Origin: Octopus vulgaris
Taxonomy: Eukaryota
Assembly: GCA_951406725.2 (NCBI GenBank)
Contig: OX597829.1
Span: 28,954,001-29,018,000, forward strand
Length of the DNA: 64,000 nt
Reading direction: 5' to 3'
Shown: positions 50,913 to 64,000 of the stretch, one piece after another
Layout of the letters: each line of letters opens with the position of its first letter
Numbering within the stretch: position 1 is the first letter of the stretch
Notes under the pieces: model-generated
Seen by the model: the letters and a program-made list of their open reading frames with translations, nothing else
What the model was told of the DNA's origin: nothing
The model's database searches: none
Program-made: the position numbers and the translations under genes

Positions 50913-52327
50913 ATAAATCAGTCTACATTTATACCCACATGGGTGTGGCTGCATACCCATAATACAACATATACATATACATATGAGTGCATATACTCAC
51001 ACTCTTATACATATAAAAATATACATATACATAATGATATAAGTAAATAATATAAATTAGTAAACATATATATGTGTTCTACATCCAATGTCTCAGTTTT
51101 TTGACTCAATATTGTGATAATAAACATACACAAATTAGTACCTAGATGCAAATATACATAGTCAATAGTACATTATATTGCTTCATACTAATTTCTAAAG
51201 TGTCATTAAAGTTAGCATCATTATCGTTGTATTAGTAATTTGTGGTAAATCATTTTACCTTTGCCCATATAATACAGTAAATGAATTGATTACATCACAA
51301 TCATTAACATTTATGTATTAACTTTGTTGGGTACTTCACTAGCAGTATATTGGATATATGTTATCCCATGGAGGGTTGCATTTACAACCCCTAACTCAAT
51401 TGGGTCACTGGAAAAGTGAGCTTCCCAGCAACAGAGTTTTGTTTTGTGGGTTTTTTTTTCTTTTCCAGGTTATTTTGCATGCTTACAGTAAACATGACAT
51501 TGAAATCACATGCAAATGGCTATTTCCCCCCACCAAAAGGAAAGATTTGCCTGCTATTTCTTGCACACCCTGCTACCACGTAAGAGGTATTTCAGATTCT
51601 TTATCACAAATAGCAGTTATGTGGTAGCAGAGCATGCTAGAAATAGCAGTCAAATGTTTGGAAGTGAGATATGTTGAATGCACTCAAAAAAAACCCTATG
51701 TAAAAATTTTTTATTTCACACCAAGGTTATGAACAGGTCTTTTACGAAATATTTATGCCAAGAAAACTTTGTAATGGTATTCACTTGAAAATAATTTTTA
51801 AAAAACATTAAATGGAGCCTAGTGCAGCCTTCTGGCTCACCAGCCCTTACTCAAACTGTCCAAACCAAGCCAGCATGGAAAGCGGATGTTAAATGATGAT
51901 GACGATGATGATGATTGTTTGTTTAAAGAAAGCTAAAATATAAATACTTATTGTACAAACAACTTACATTTTTGAAATCACATTCTAAATATTTCTAAAT
52001 GATTAAAATATTGTGTTTAACAAAAGTGAAAATAGAAACATTTTCTGTAAAAGAGTCGTATTTTTTCATTGTCAAGTCACTGTCTAATCGAAAGATAAGA
52101 GTTACTTCCCTTTCAGGATTAAGTTAATTTCAGAGACTTTCCATTTCCTGTTTCAGGTATTTATACCCCGAAAACCTTTAATATCTTCACAACCACTTAT
52201 TTATGCAAAATTTGTTTCATTCCATTCGTATTTACACTTCAGGGAAAACTTAATTCATAGTATTTTCCCATTGTGCCAGTTTGGCTGAGTAACATTGCAA
52301 GCAAGCAAGATTCAATCTGACTTTTAA

Positions 52328-52362
<35 letters not shown>

Positions 52363-53140
52363 GGTGCAGGTGTGATTGTGTAGTAAGAAGTTTGCTTCCA
52401 AACCACATGGTTTCAAGTTCAATCCCACTGCATGGCACCTTGGGCTAGTGTCTTCTACTATAGCCTCGGGCCAACCAAAGCCTTCTGGGTGGATTTGGTA
52501 AATGGAAACTGAAGGAAGCCCATCATATATATATATGTATATATATATATACATGCACACAAACACACACACACACACACACACACACATGAGTAAGCAC
52601 ATAAATGCAAAACAAGATGGAAAAAATAGTACTCAAATACCGAATGTAGAGTAATATGCTTTTATCATCATCATTATTTAACATCCACCTTGCAAGCTAG
52701 CAGAAGCCTGCACCAGACATCTGTGACTGTTTTGACAGGATTTTTACAGTTGGATGCCCTTCCTAACACCAACTATCCAGCATATATATATTTTGGCAGC
52801 TGCAGTATTTAAGGTTTACTTTTCCATGATTACATGGGTCGGATGGAGTTTACTAAGCAGATTTGTATGGCTAAATGCCCTTCCTAGTGCCACCCCTCAC
52901 TTGTTTCCAAAGAAGGTAATAATAATTTCCTTATGCCACACATGACCTTGCAGAATAATAATAGAAACGGATGAAACTGCTTGTATAACAGTGATACTCA
53001 TTTACAACTATCATGGATTAGCAAAACAAGGAGCCGCATATATGCATGCTCACATGCACATACACACACATATACATGTGTGTATAAATATGTATATAAA
53101 TATAAATGAAATATATATATATATAATATAATACAATATA

Positions 53141-53181
<41 letters not shown>

Positions 53182-53196
53182 CAATATAATATAATA

Positions 53197-53229
<33 letters not shown>

Positions 53230-53589
53230 ATACAATATAATAATATATATATAATATAATACAATATAATATAATATAAATATATATATATATTTATATG
53301 CATATATGGGTACAGGACGTCACCAACTGTGTAAACAACATGAAGTATGAAAACAAACGAGTTGAATAATGCAAACAACGAAAGAGAAAAATGGAAAACA
53401 GGACAAGTAACATGGAGAACGACACTTCATCAGTTGCTGGCTGTCTATCTACTCTTCAGTTCTAGCATTCAAGGACAATATGAGTCTTCAAAGACAGTTG
53501 CTCCCTTAAATTCCAAAATAAAATTTTGGATTTATGGCAGGTCAAAGCTGGGAACAAAAACAGGACAGTGGAGACGTATAAGGAAACTG

Positions 53590-53781
53590 ATGCCGTCATC
53601 ACTGCAGTACTAGTTCCCAGCCAAGTGTTTTTTCATGTTGGGGAACAGATGATAGTCAAATGGGATTAAATCAGGACAGTAGAGACAGAGATCAATCAGT
53701 TCAAAATTAGAGTCACACAACAGTCATTGATACCAAAGACTTGTGTGCAGGAGCATGATCCTGATGAAACAAAACCCTTTG
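53590..53781 (-). mobile_element. mariner transposase catalytic-domain fragment
   Basis: VLFHQDHAPAHKS...YCPDLIPFDYHLFPNMKKHLAG (HQDNAPAH and YSPDLAPSD motifs). Confidence 0.9.
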
Positions 53782-53849
53782 TGGGACAAAGAAGAAAATA
53801 TAAAAAGGAGAATTGAAGCTCTCTTACCTGTTGATTGGGGGGGGGGCAT

Positions 53850-54910
53850 CCTCACACAACCCACATAGTCATTTTCTTCTGTTGGTGATCCACACATTCT
53901 TCATGCTGTCCAGCTGCATACTGCCCTCTTCCTACCCCTGCTATACATGTTCTGTTTGGCTCTTCCGTCCTCAAGGACTCCCGATAGGGCCTACGCACTC
54001 TCCCACTTCCGCCTTCACCACAGCTTCAGCTCAATACCACACCTGCCCTTGATCTAACAATCACTATCACTTACATCCCTTTCATAGTCTTCCAGCCACT
54101 TAGGTGGACAAAGCTCTCTTCGGGATCATTGCAAGGATGTGGTGCCAACTTCTCCCTCCCTTTGTTCTTCATCACTGGAGAATCTCACATCCCTCCTGAC
54201 ATTTAGGATGTGGTGTGGCATGCCTTCCACCGACATGTTGTTATGAGAGTTCACTGCTGTCACTCTTCCTTTCCCCCATTGAGTTGTGCATTGCACATCA
54301 GTGGGTTTCACCCACTCTTCTTCCCTGATTTTGAACAAATACTGACTGTTCTTCTTCCCCAAAGGGTCGTGATTCCACGCTCAGGTGTATCATTCGTATC
54401 TAAACACAGCTTTTTGCAGGACCTTCTCTCCACCCTGTCCTGACCTTGGTGACATGTTGTACCAAAACACTGCTTCAATGGGGAAAATCTTCCCCCTCTC
54501 AGCCATGGCTTTGATTGAGCAATAGTGACACTCTACAATCCCATTCCTTCCAGGCCTATATGCTGCTGTGAAGAAACCTCTGGTATTCCATTGGTTGAGC
54601 ATTTCTTTCAACTGAGCCAAGCAAAACACTGTGCTGTCGTCCATCAACAGCTCATCAACTGGCCCCCATCTCCAGTAATACTGCATTTAGGACCTCTACA
54701 GTTTCAGCCACAGCTCTTATCCTAATTTCCTTCCATATTGCTATCCATCCTGGCCCACAGTCAACCATTGAGAGGTACTGCCTTCCCCGATAGTGCATCA
54801 TATCTATCACTAACTTCATCCAATCTTCTCCAACCTGAATCCTTCCTGCCTCATACACACCTGGTGTGGGGTCTATAGACTGGCATCTGTCACAACTCAA
54901 CACCACTTTC
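53850..54910 (-). mobile_element. Gypsy integrase remnant
   Basis: CDRCQSID, WMKLVIDMMHY...YLSMVDCG, GPVDELLMDDSTVF and AYRPGRNGIVECHYCSIK (degenerate CxxC plus DDE core) across frameshifts. Confidence 0.9.
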
Positions 54911-55430
54911 CATGGAACAGAGAGACAGTGATAGTTGTTAACTCCAGAAATAATGTCTCTGTGGATAAAATGTTACATCACATCTTGGATGTTCACAGAA
55001 TTGTTGCTTCATCAGACAATGAAGGTGGAAAAGAGGAAGCAAGCAGCACTCCATTCCTGCAGAGATCACAGTGAGTGGGATGGCTGTTGGTGTATGGCAG
55101 ATTTCAACAAAAAAGTACATTATTGATGAAGAAAAAAAAAAGGAATCACTTTAATGAGAACCTTGTGCCTGTTCACAATGGCACCATGCCCCACCACAAT
55201 TTTTCCAGGTCCCACCGGTGGGGGTGTATACCTCACGTTGGGAATCACTGAGCTAGAGAATAATTATTTGTTCATTAGTTTTAACACATTGTCTCAGATC
55301 AAATCATTTGCCAGGCAAGCTATGTCCTCTTAGCCGCATTATAGGCCACTGTGAACATAGATCAAAATTGAGCCCCTGTACCAGTAACCCTTTTCCCAGG
55401 CAAATTAGTGTATTGGACCCTAGTGTATTG

Positions 55431-56156
55431 TAGACTAATAGACGTAAATCTGTCTCACTGATAAAAATATATCTGTAAAGGAATTTGACAAATTAAGTAG
55501 CTTGCTTACCAACCACATGGTTCCAGGTTCAGTCCCACTGTGTGGCACCTTGGGCAAGTGTCTTCAAAGCCTTGTGAGTAGATTTGGTAGACAGAAACTG
55601 AAAGAAACCCATTGCATGTATATGTGTGTGTGTGTTTGTGTTTGTTCCCCCAACATCACTTGACAACCGATGCTGGTGTGTTTACATCCCTATCACTTAG
55701 CAGTTCAGCAAGAGAAACTGATAGAATAAGTACTAGGCTTATAAAGAATAAGTCCTGGGGTCGATTTGCTTGACTAAAGGTGGTGCTCCAGCATGGCTGT
55801 AGTCAAATGACTGAAACAAAGAAAAAAGAAAAAAGATAAGGACTGAAAGTGAGAACTGTTCCTGTTACTGTAGGTGCCCAAAGTATGATTTAAAAAAAGG
55901 GATGTCAGAAACATCTAGATAAGATCCCAGGAGAACCATGTCTCAGAGAAATCCAAAAGATTTTCCATAGAAAAATCCTCTCCCTTTAAATGTCTATGTT
56001 GTATTACAAGAAGATACTTCGCTACTGCCCCTACCACTTCCCCTTCCCAAGCTTTCAGTCAAACTGCAACATCCCTTATCCTTCACTCACCCTAGGACAC
56101 TGTGTGTATCTCAACAAGTAATTGTAAAAAACTAGCAGGTTAAAAGTATAAAAACA

Positions 56157-56191
<35 letters not shown>
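55431..56191 (+). mobile_element. 3' fragment of an R4/Dong-like element interrupted by a family A SINE (55497-55835), ending in (AAT)n
   Basis: CRLIDV...DKNISVKEFDKLS before the SINE and LKVRTVPVTVGA...HLDKIPGEPCLREIQKI after it. Confidence 0.8.
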
Positions 56192-56192
<1 letters not shown>

Positions 56193-56827
56193 GTTTCAAA
56201 TTTTGGCATAAGGCTAGCAAGTTCAAGGAAGGTACTAAGTCAATTACATTGAGCTCAGTATTCAACTGGTATTTATTTTATCAACCTCAAAGGGATGAAA
56301 GACAAAGTTGACCTCAGTGGAATTTGAACTAAGAATATAGAAGATAGACAAAATGCCACTAAGCATTTTGCCTAGTGTTGACGATTCTGCCAGCTCACCG
56401 CCTTCCACAAGGACAATATATTGAAATGAGTAAATATGTGTGAGGTTAGGAAGAGACTTTACAGTGTGTATTTCTGATGTTGAAACAACAGTGTGTGTTG
56501 GGTGAAAGAAAGCATTGTATTGTTTTGTGTGTGAGTAAAGACAATGTGTCAAACTACAAGAGAGTGGGGAGAGAGGGAGACAAACAGACACAGAGAGACA
56601 AAGACAGAGAGATAAACAGAAGAACGGACACTGAGATAGAAGCAGAGAAACAGACAGACAGATGACTCTATGGTAGATTATTTAACTGACAGTAAAACAG
56701 GACAAACACAAGGTTTATTTTTCAGATCAAATATGCTGCCATTTGAGTTAAATGGCTTAGCTGATTATATATAACAAATGACTTATGAATGATGACTGGA
56801 GACTAGGAGAGAACACACACACACACA

Positions 56828-56876
<49 letters not shown>

Positions 56877-57083
56877 GAGACAGAAAAAGAGAGAGAAAAA
56901 GTTGAAGTTCAAATCTTGGTAAGATCAGTTTGTCTTTTATTACTTTGGGCTAAATCAATAAAAGAACTTGTGTAGGTTTTGTGTTACCCTGGTATCCTTC
57001 CATAGTGATATACTGGATATTCCATTTGGTCAAAGGTGGGAGGGTCAAGTGCACATCTGTGATTGACTGTGATCACATCAGTA

Positions 57084-58131
57084 GGAGGTGGCATCAAAAT
57101 GTTCCAGGGCTAGTTATAACCTATTTACCTAAGTTATGCTGAAGGAGATGCTCGGTAAGTGGAATCTGCTCTGCTTCTTCAGAGTGGCATACAAGCTGAG
57201 CAGAAATGGGATTGTGGAAAGACACCATTACACGATCAAGGCCATGGAGGAGAGAGGATGTATCTCAGCACAGAAAGTAATTTACCAAACTTTTAACCTA
57301 TTTACCTAAGTTTTAACATCATCTCCTTCAAAATAGTCACATTGCACAGCAATACACTAGTCCCAGTATTCTTTCCACTTTTGGAATCCAGCATGGAAAT
57401 CATTTTCTGTAAGTGAGTAGAAGACTATCTGCAATTCACTCTTGATCTTGACAATGGTGTTAAAACAGCAACCTTTGCATTACATTTTCATCTTGAGGAA
57501 GAAATGTAAGTCCACATGTGCTAAACTGGGTGAATAGGGTGAGTGTGGAATGGAAGCAATATCATGTTTTTGGTGAGAAACTCATGAGTAAGGAGACCTC
57601 AGTAACAGGGTGCATCGTTGTCATGAAGAATGTAGATGTTAAGATTGGCTATATAGATTTAGACATTAAGATTGGCATCAATAATGTTGTTGATTGTCCT
57701 CCAACGATCCTCATGCACAAGTTGATGAACTTTCACCACATTTCCAGGTGTGATGCTCATGACAGGTCTTCCAGATTGTTCATTGTCTTCCAGAGATGTT
57801 CTGCTTTTGAAGCACCCATGTCACTCAAAATATTGCGTACAACCCATTGCTTTGTTGCTGAGCATGCTCAAAGTCTGTGTGGTAGACTTCCTGAGTCTAA
57901 TGCAAAATTTCACGTTGGGTCTTTGTTCCTGTCCATGACAAAATTCACAGACTACAGCATACATGTGATCACAAAAACATGAATTTCAGAACTTGCAAAG
58001 TAAACACAGTGATGTCGCTAGGCACACTGCCCCAGGAAAGTTACTGCTAACTCTCACTGCACACACAACCATATGCTGCAATTTGTTGGTGTGCTACAAA
58101 CCTAAACCAGGAACTTTTTGATACCATCTCA
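57084..58131 (-). mobile_element. Internally deleted mariner element with both TIRs and TA flanks
   Basis: TA-GGAGGTGGCATCAAAATGTTCC ... GGAACTTTTTGATACCATCTCA-TA. The minus strand encodes NVKFCIRLRKS, SLEDNEQSGRP, PYSPSLAHVD and DYFEGD. Confidence 0.92.
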
Positions 58132-58443
58132 TATCTAAATTAACTGGTAGTCAAAGCAGTGACAGGACAAACTCAGGGACACACATTCACACTTATACAA
58201 TCACACTCACACATACACACGCACACACACATGCACGCACATTCATGTGCGTGTGTGTGTGTATACCTGTGAGTAAGCAAATAAATGCAAAACAAGGTGG
58301 AAAAAATAGTATTCAAATGCCAAAATTTAAGCTGAAAAAAATTTTCACAAACTTACTCAGTTTCACGTCACCATTCTTTGAACAGTTGTAATTTTTCAGC
58401 TTTAATAAAAGTATGCACACACACACACACACACACACGCAAA

Positions 58444-59447
58444 GTGCATTCCAGAAGTTTTAAAAAGTTTTTAGAAGCAGTTATAACTATTCTATATTAT
58501 AGATTATTGTAATTTTAATAAACCAAAACTATGCGTCTAATTAGTGACTTTTATTATTCCAGAATGAAGGAAACAGTTGTAACAGCAATTTGAACACATC
58601 CTACTAAACATTGCTTGTTGCAGCTGACAAGTTTGGCAGAATGTAATCAGGGTGAAAGGCAGTGAGCTGGCAGAAACGTTAGCATGCCAGGTGAAATGCT
58701 TATTTCATTTGCCGCTACGTTCTGAGTTCAAATTTCGCCGAGGTCGGCTTTGCCTTTCATCCTTTCAGAGTCGATAAATTAAGTACTAGTTACACACTGG
58801 GGTCGATGTAATCGACTTAACCCCTTTGTCCGTCCTTGTTTGTCTCCTCTATGTTTAGCCCCTTGTGGGCAATAAAGAAGTAAGAATGTAATCAGCGTAT
58901 GAGGACAATTTGGAAGCTAGCTATGCATTAAAGTCTTGTGTTAAACTAAGCAAAAACATAACAGAAACTTACTGAAATACTCCAGGCTGCTTATGGATTA
59001 ACCTGCGTGAGCCCAGGATTTGTCATTTTGCTGACACAAGAGGCCAGATAAAGCAATTACACTGGGAAGATCATAATGAGCCCCTTTTTTGACAGCAAGG
59101 GTATCATCTACTGCCACTGGATTACCTTTGGTCAGATGGTCAACAGAGAGTACTTAGTGAAAGTTTTGAGGGAGTTCAGGATTGCAAAAGGTCGGAGCAT
59201 TTGTGCCAGTCTACATTTCCATTCTTGGTAACCAACTACGTGACAGAGATGGGCATCAAAACTCTGTCCTTCAACCTGCCTACAGGGGAGAATCTCAGGC
59301 ACAGTCAGTTTGAAGACATTGAGAAGATGAAGGAAGCTGTGACAAAGGCTGGATACCTTTACTTTGAAGGCGATTAGAGTTTTGTATACATTTGAAATTA
59401 ACAAACATCTCTTCTGAAAAAATCTCAAAAGTTCTGGAATTCATCCT
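58444..59447 (+). mobile_element. Second decayed mariner element with nested family B SINE (58656-58882)
   Basis: Imperfect TIRs CATTCCAGAAGTTTT / AAAAGTTCTGGAATT. Encodes YALKSCVKL..NITETY and FFDSKGIIYCHW...QMVNREY. The SINE is flanked by AGAATGTAATCAG at 58638 and 58883. Confidence 0.85.
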
Positions 59448-59887
59448 ACATCATCATCATCATCATTGTTTAATGTCCGGTTTCCATGCTGGCATGGGTT
59501 GGACGGTTTGACTGAGGACTGGCGAACCAGATGGCAGAAAATCAAGTTGAAAGAATGAATTTCGGTGGAGGAAATCGAATGAAGAAAATGCCGTTTAAAT
59601 CGAATGAGGAAAATGTTGTTTAAAAATTATTGATATTCATATATCTGTGTGGGTATAAATTTGAGCTAAAACTCTAAAAAAGTAGAATAAATCCATGATA
59701 AAAATTTGTGATGGCTGTATAAAGATAGAATCCCTACGATCGTCTCTTCTTCTGTGTGTAATCCATAAATGCGAGAGAATAAAAGTGATTATTTGTTACT
59801 TTTATTATTGAGATAAAACCAGAAGATACCATTATTAATTTATATTTTATACAAATGTAGATATGGCTGTGTATTGATCATAGGAAT

Positions 59888-60023
<136 letters not shown>

Positions 60024-60990
60024 ACAAATTTTTCTGTAATATAAGGACGCTTTACCTTATTTATGCTATTCAACATTATTATTATGCATTTGAGACTAAA
60101 ATATTTCCCTCTGTGAGTATATATATATATAAATACAAAATGGGACAAGAACGCAAAACATCCAGAAGACGATACAAAAAACACGGACGGGTCATTTGAA
60201 GCCTTTAATCTTCAGCCAAGAATCGGATCATCCTCGCAATTTCGGCTGATTAATCCTGAGATTGCTCCAATCTGGCCAGCCCCAAGGAAAAATTAAGCTA
60301 AGAGCATTAGATTCCTTGGAAAAAAGCTTCAAATGTATACGAAACAAGGATGGAAAAACGGATGATGTTACACGAATATAAATACAAAAATAATACAAAA
60401 AAACAATAATAATAATAATAACAGGACATTACAAGAGGCGTCTTTCGACTGGAAACGAATTGAATTCAGCTGGTGTGTTAGGAATTAAGCCTTTACAGCA
60501 GAGGAAAAATGTCGATGTAACAGCAACCTATATATGTGTGTGTGTGTATATGTATATGTGTTGTTGTTGTTGTTGCTGTTATATAGTTGAAAATTGTAGA
60601 AAAACAAAAGAATAACAAAAGACGAATTTATTATTATACAGTTGTTGGCTGTTGCTGGTCATGAAGTTACCATTAGTTCCACATCTATTATTGCGCTTTT
60701 AGCAATAAAGGCTACTCATCAGGTCCACTGACTGGAGGTACATAACCTCTTTACTAATGAAGGTAAAATTATAGTTTTGATCAGCTTGGTGGTGAAAGAA
60801 ACCCCTGATATGAAATTCTTTGAAGTGAAACCCCACTTCTGGGAGAGACAGAATTATCTCCCTTTGAATAGTTCCAGTTGTGCCCATTTTCAGTTTTATA
60901 TATACCTTTTACATTTTACTATTTTCAGTCATTAGACTGTGGCCATGCTGGGGCACTGCCTTGAAGAATTTTTAGTTGAACAAATTAACC

Positions 60991-61145
60991 ACATTATTTA
61001 CATTATTTACATTTGATAGATATTTGTACTCATCTTGTTTGTTGTTAACACAACGTTTTGACTGATATACCCTCCAGCCTTCATCAGGTGTCTTGGGAAA
61101 ATTTCAAACATGGGGTTCTCATTCCTAAGGTACTTTTCGTTGTTG

Positions 61146-61209
<64 letters not shown>

Positions 61210-61305
61210 TCACTACCTGGAATTGAACTTGGAATCTTAGGGTTAAGAGTGCGGGCTACTAACCCCAAGATTCCGAGTTTGATTCCAGGCAGTGATGTGA
61301 TGTGA

Positions 61306-61336
<31 letters not shown>

Positions 61337-61348
61337 TAATAATAGTAG

Positions 61349-61394
<46 letters not shown>

Positions 61395-61574
61395 TCGAAT
61401 AATACCTTAGGAATGAGAACCCAGGTTCAAAATTTTCCCAAGACACCTGATGAATGCTGGAGGGTATATCAGCCAAAACGTTGTGTTAACAACAAACAAG
61501 ATGAGGACAAATATCCATCAAATGCAAATTATGTAAATAATGTACATAATTCCTCATCTCTTAAATATAGAACT
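60991..61574. mobile_element. Second head-to-head dimer of the tRNA/hammerhead SINE, inserted in a family A SINE
   Basis: Minus copy 60991-61242 joins plus copy 61241-61574 within the tRNA heads. AAATTAACC is duplicated at 60982-60990 and 61575-61583. Confidence 0.9.
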
Positions 61575-62037
61575 AAATTAACCTCAGTACTTTATTTTAA
61601 AACCTAGTACTTATTGTATTGATCTCTTTTGCCGAAGTGCTCAGTTACTGGGATGTAAATACACCAGCACCAGTTGTCAAGTGGTGGTGGTAGTGGTGGA
61701 CAAACATGGACACAGAGACATAGACACATCATCATCATCATTTGACGTCTGTTATCCAGGGGCTGGACGGTATGACTGGGCTGGCGTGCTGGAAGGCTTC
61801 AGTCAGATCTGGCATAGTTTTCTACAGCTTGATGCCCTTCCTAATTCCAATCACACCGAGAATGTAATGGGTGCTTTTATGTGCCACCAGCACAGGTGAC
61901 ATTTGTGTGATACCGGGGTGCATTTATGTGGAAGTATCTGCCACAACTGTGATTTTGCTCGGCTTAATGGGTCTTCTTCTCAAGCATAGCATTATGCTCC
62001 ATGAGGCTGAAAATATATATATATATATATATATATG

Positions 62038-62270
62038 AAGGCGGCGAGCTGGCAGAAACGTTAGCACGCCGGGCGAAATGCGTTGCCATATTTCGTCTGT
62101 CGTTACGTTCCGAGTTCAAATTCTGCCGAGGTCGACTTTGCCTTTCATCCTTCCGGAGTCGATAAATTAAGTACCAGTTACACACTGGGGTCGATGTAAT
62201 CAACTTAATCCGTTTGTCTGTCCTTGTTTGTCTCCTCTGTGTTTAGCCCCTTGTGGGTAGTAAAGAAATA
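62038..62270 (+). mobile_element. SINE family B, young full-length copy
   Basis: CpG-intact consensus-like copy inserted in (AT)n. Confidence 0.92.
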
Positions 62271-62279
62271 TATATATAT

Positions 62280-62806
62280 AAGCACGAGCAAAATGCCCCC
62301 CCCCCCATCCAATGGACGGTGCTAATTCATATCTGCTGAATAAAAAGCAATTAAAAAATAATTAAGCATGCCTTTATTTCAATAAAATGTTTGGTTTTGT
62401 TAAGCTAAAGCAAAAAAAACTTGAGAAACTAAATAGTCTTTCCTTCCTTCATGCCAAGTTTGAAGAAAATATCTCTTTTGCATCTTACTTTTTTGGTCTC
62501 TTAAATATACTGCATTTTGTGGCATTATTTCAAGCCAGCCGGCTTTTTTTGCGCAAACTGCATGTGCATTTTTCTCACGTATGCGTAGTATCGATTGCAA
62601 CAGCTGATGTACTTGCGTGTACAAATGCACGTTCCTATGGCTTTATCGATCGCATTCTCACCTGGAATTGATTTTTGTAATTTTTTCAAGACTTATACAC
62701 ACCCTGATACCGTTGGTATCTACATATCAAATTTGAGCGCAATCGGATGGAGGATGCCCAAGATCCTAAAAGACACACACACACAGAACAGATTTTATAT
62801 AATAGA
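62280..62806 (-). mobile_element. Probable non-autonomous Helitron-like element
   Basis: The minus strand begins A|TCTATTATATAAAATCTGTTCTGTGTG (TC start after A). The 3' CTAG end is not clear. Confidence 0.5.
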
Positions 62807-63006
62807 TATATATATATAGACACACAGACACACGCACAAACATGATGGGCTTCTTTCAGTTTCTGTCAACCAGATCCACTCACAAGGGTTTGGTCATTTT
62901 GAGGCTATAATATAAGACACTTGCCCAAGGTGCAATGCAGCAGTACTGCACTCGGATCCATGTGATTGGGAAGCAAGCTTCTTACCTCACAGCTATGCTT
63001 GTGCCT

Positions 63007-63076
<70 letters not shown>

Positions 63077-63086
63077 CACATACACT

Positions 63087-63289
63087 TTACTCTCTTTTAC
63101 TCTTTTACTTGTTTCAGTCATTTGACTGTGGCCATGCTGGAGCACCGCCTTTAATCGAGCAAATCGACCCCAGTACTTATTCTATCGGTCTCTTTTGCCG
63201 AACCGCTAAGTTACGGGCACATAAACATGCCAGCATCAGTTGTCAGGCGATGTTGGGGGGACAAACACAGACACACAAACACACACATA

Positions 63290-63361
<72 letters not shown>

Positions 63362-63525
63362 TATGACAGGCTTCTTTCAGTTTCCGTCTACCAAATCCAC
63401 ATGCAAGGCTTTGGTTGGCCCGAGGCTATAGCAGAAGACAGTTGCCCAAGGTGCCACGCAGTGGGACTGAACCTGGGACCATGTGGTTCATAAGCAAGCT
63501 ACTTACCAGACAGCTACTCCTATGC
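63087..63525 (-). mobile_element. SINE family A, full length
   Basis: Matches the family consensus. Confidence 0.92.
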
Positions 63526-64000
63526 CATATAGAACCATTAGTGTGATAGCGTGGCATTTTGTGTGTACCAAGCAGCAAAATCCTAATTTAGTCGGTGTCA
63601 GTCAAGAGGTTGTAACTGCTAATGAAAAATAATTAAAATTTATGTAAACCACAAAATGTAAACAGGTAAAGAATACAGGATGATAGATTCTGACAGGAAC
63701 TGAAATGAGTAACACACTAATGTTAATGTGTTTTCTTTTGACTTGTTTAATTAATTAAACCTGATTGAATATTATAAAATAAAGAAAATAGAAGAAAAAC
63801 AGAAAGGTAAAAATAAAATGAAACACACACATACAAATACACACACATACACGCACATACACACACATCACAGAAACTGGAAGGAAATGTTGGTTAGTTT
63901 CTTTGGCAAAAAAAAAAAAACATTGGAATAATGGTTTTTGCCGATTCTCTGGAATATGAGTAAAATAGACTGAACTTTGGCATTTTGTTTCCAACATATT

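Noticed and set aside
57518-57982. 154-aa plus-strand ORF
   Set aside because: It is antisense to the decayed mariner transposase.

Overview
Eukaryotic, AT-rich, microsatellite-dense DNA. The repeat content resembles cephalopod (Octopus-type) sequence; this is recognised from memory, not from a search. I find no intact protein-coding gene, and most long ORFs in the track are translated microsatellites. The window is made of two abundant tRNA-derived SINE families, RTE LINE tails, and decayed pieces of Gypsy, R4/Dong-like, Hero-like, RTE, Penelope-like, Tc1/mariner, Helitron and MITE elements. The most unusual signal is a set of hammerhead-ribozyme-bearing elements. A tRNA(Thr)-headed SINE ending in a Penelope-type minimal hammerhead occurs at two loci (10348-10965 and 60991-61574), each time as a head-to-head inverted dimer inside one target-site duplication. 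A perfect 76-bp-arm palindrome carries two intact hammerhead cores (50288-50445). Further hammerhead variants occur, including a permuted core in a Hero-like 3' UTR. A CpG-retaining domain at about 41.5-48.1 kb may mark an unmethylated promoter or intergenic region. All coordinates were read by eye, and the ends of decayed elements are approximate.
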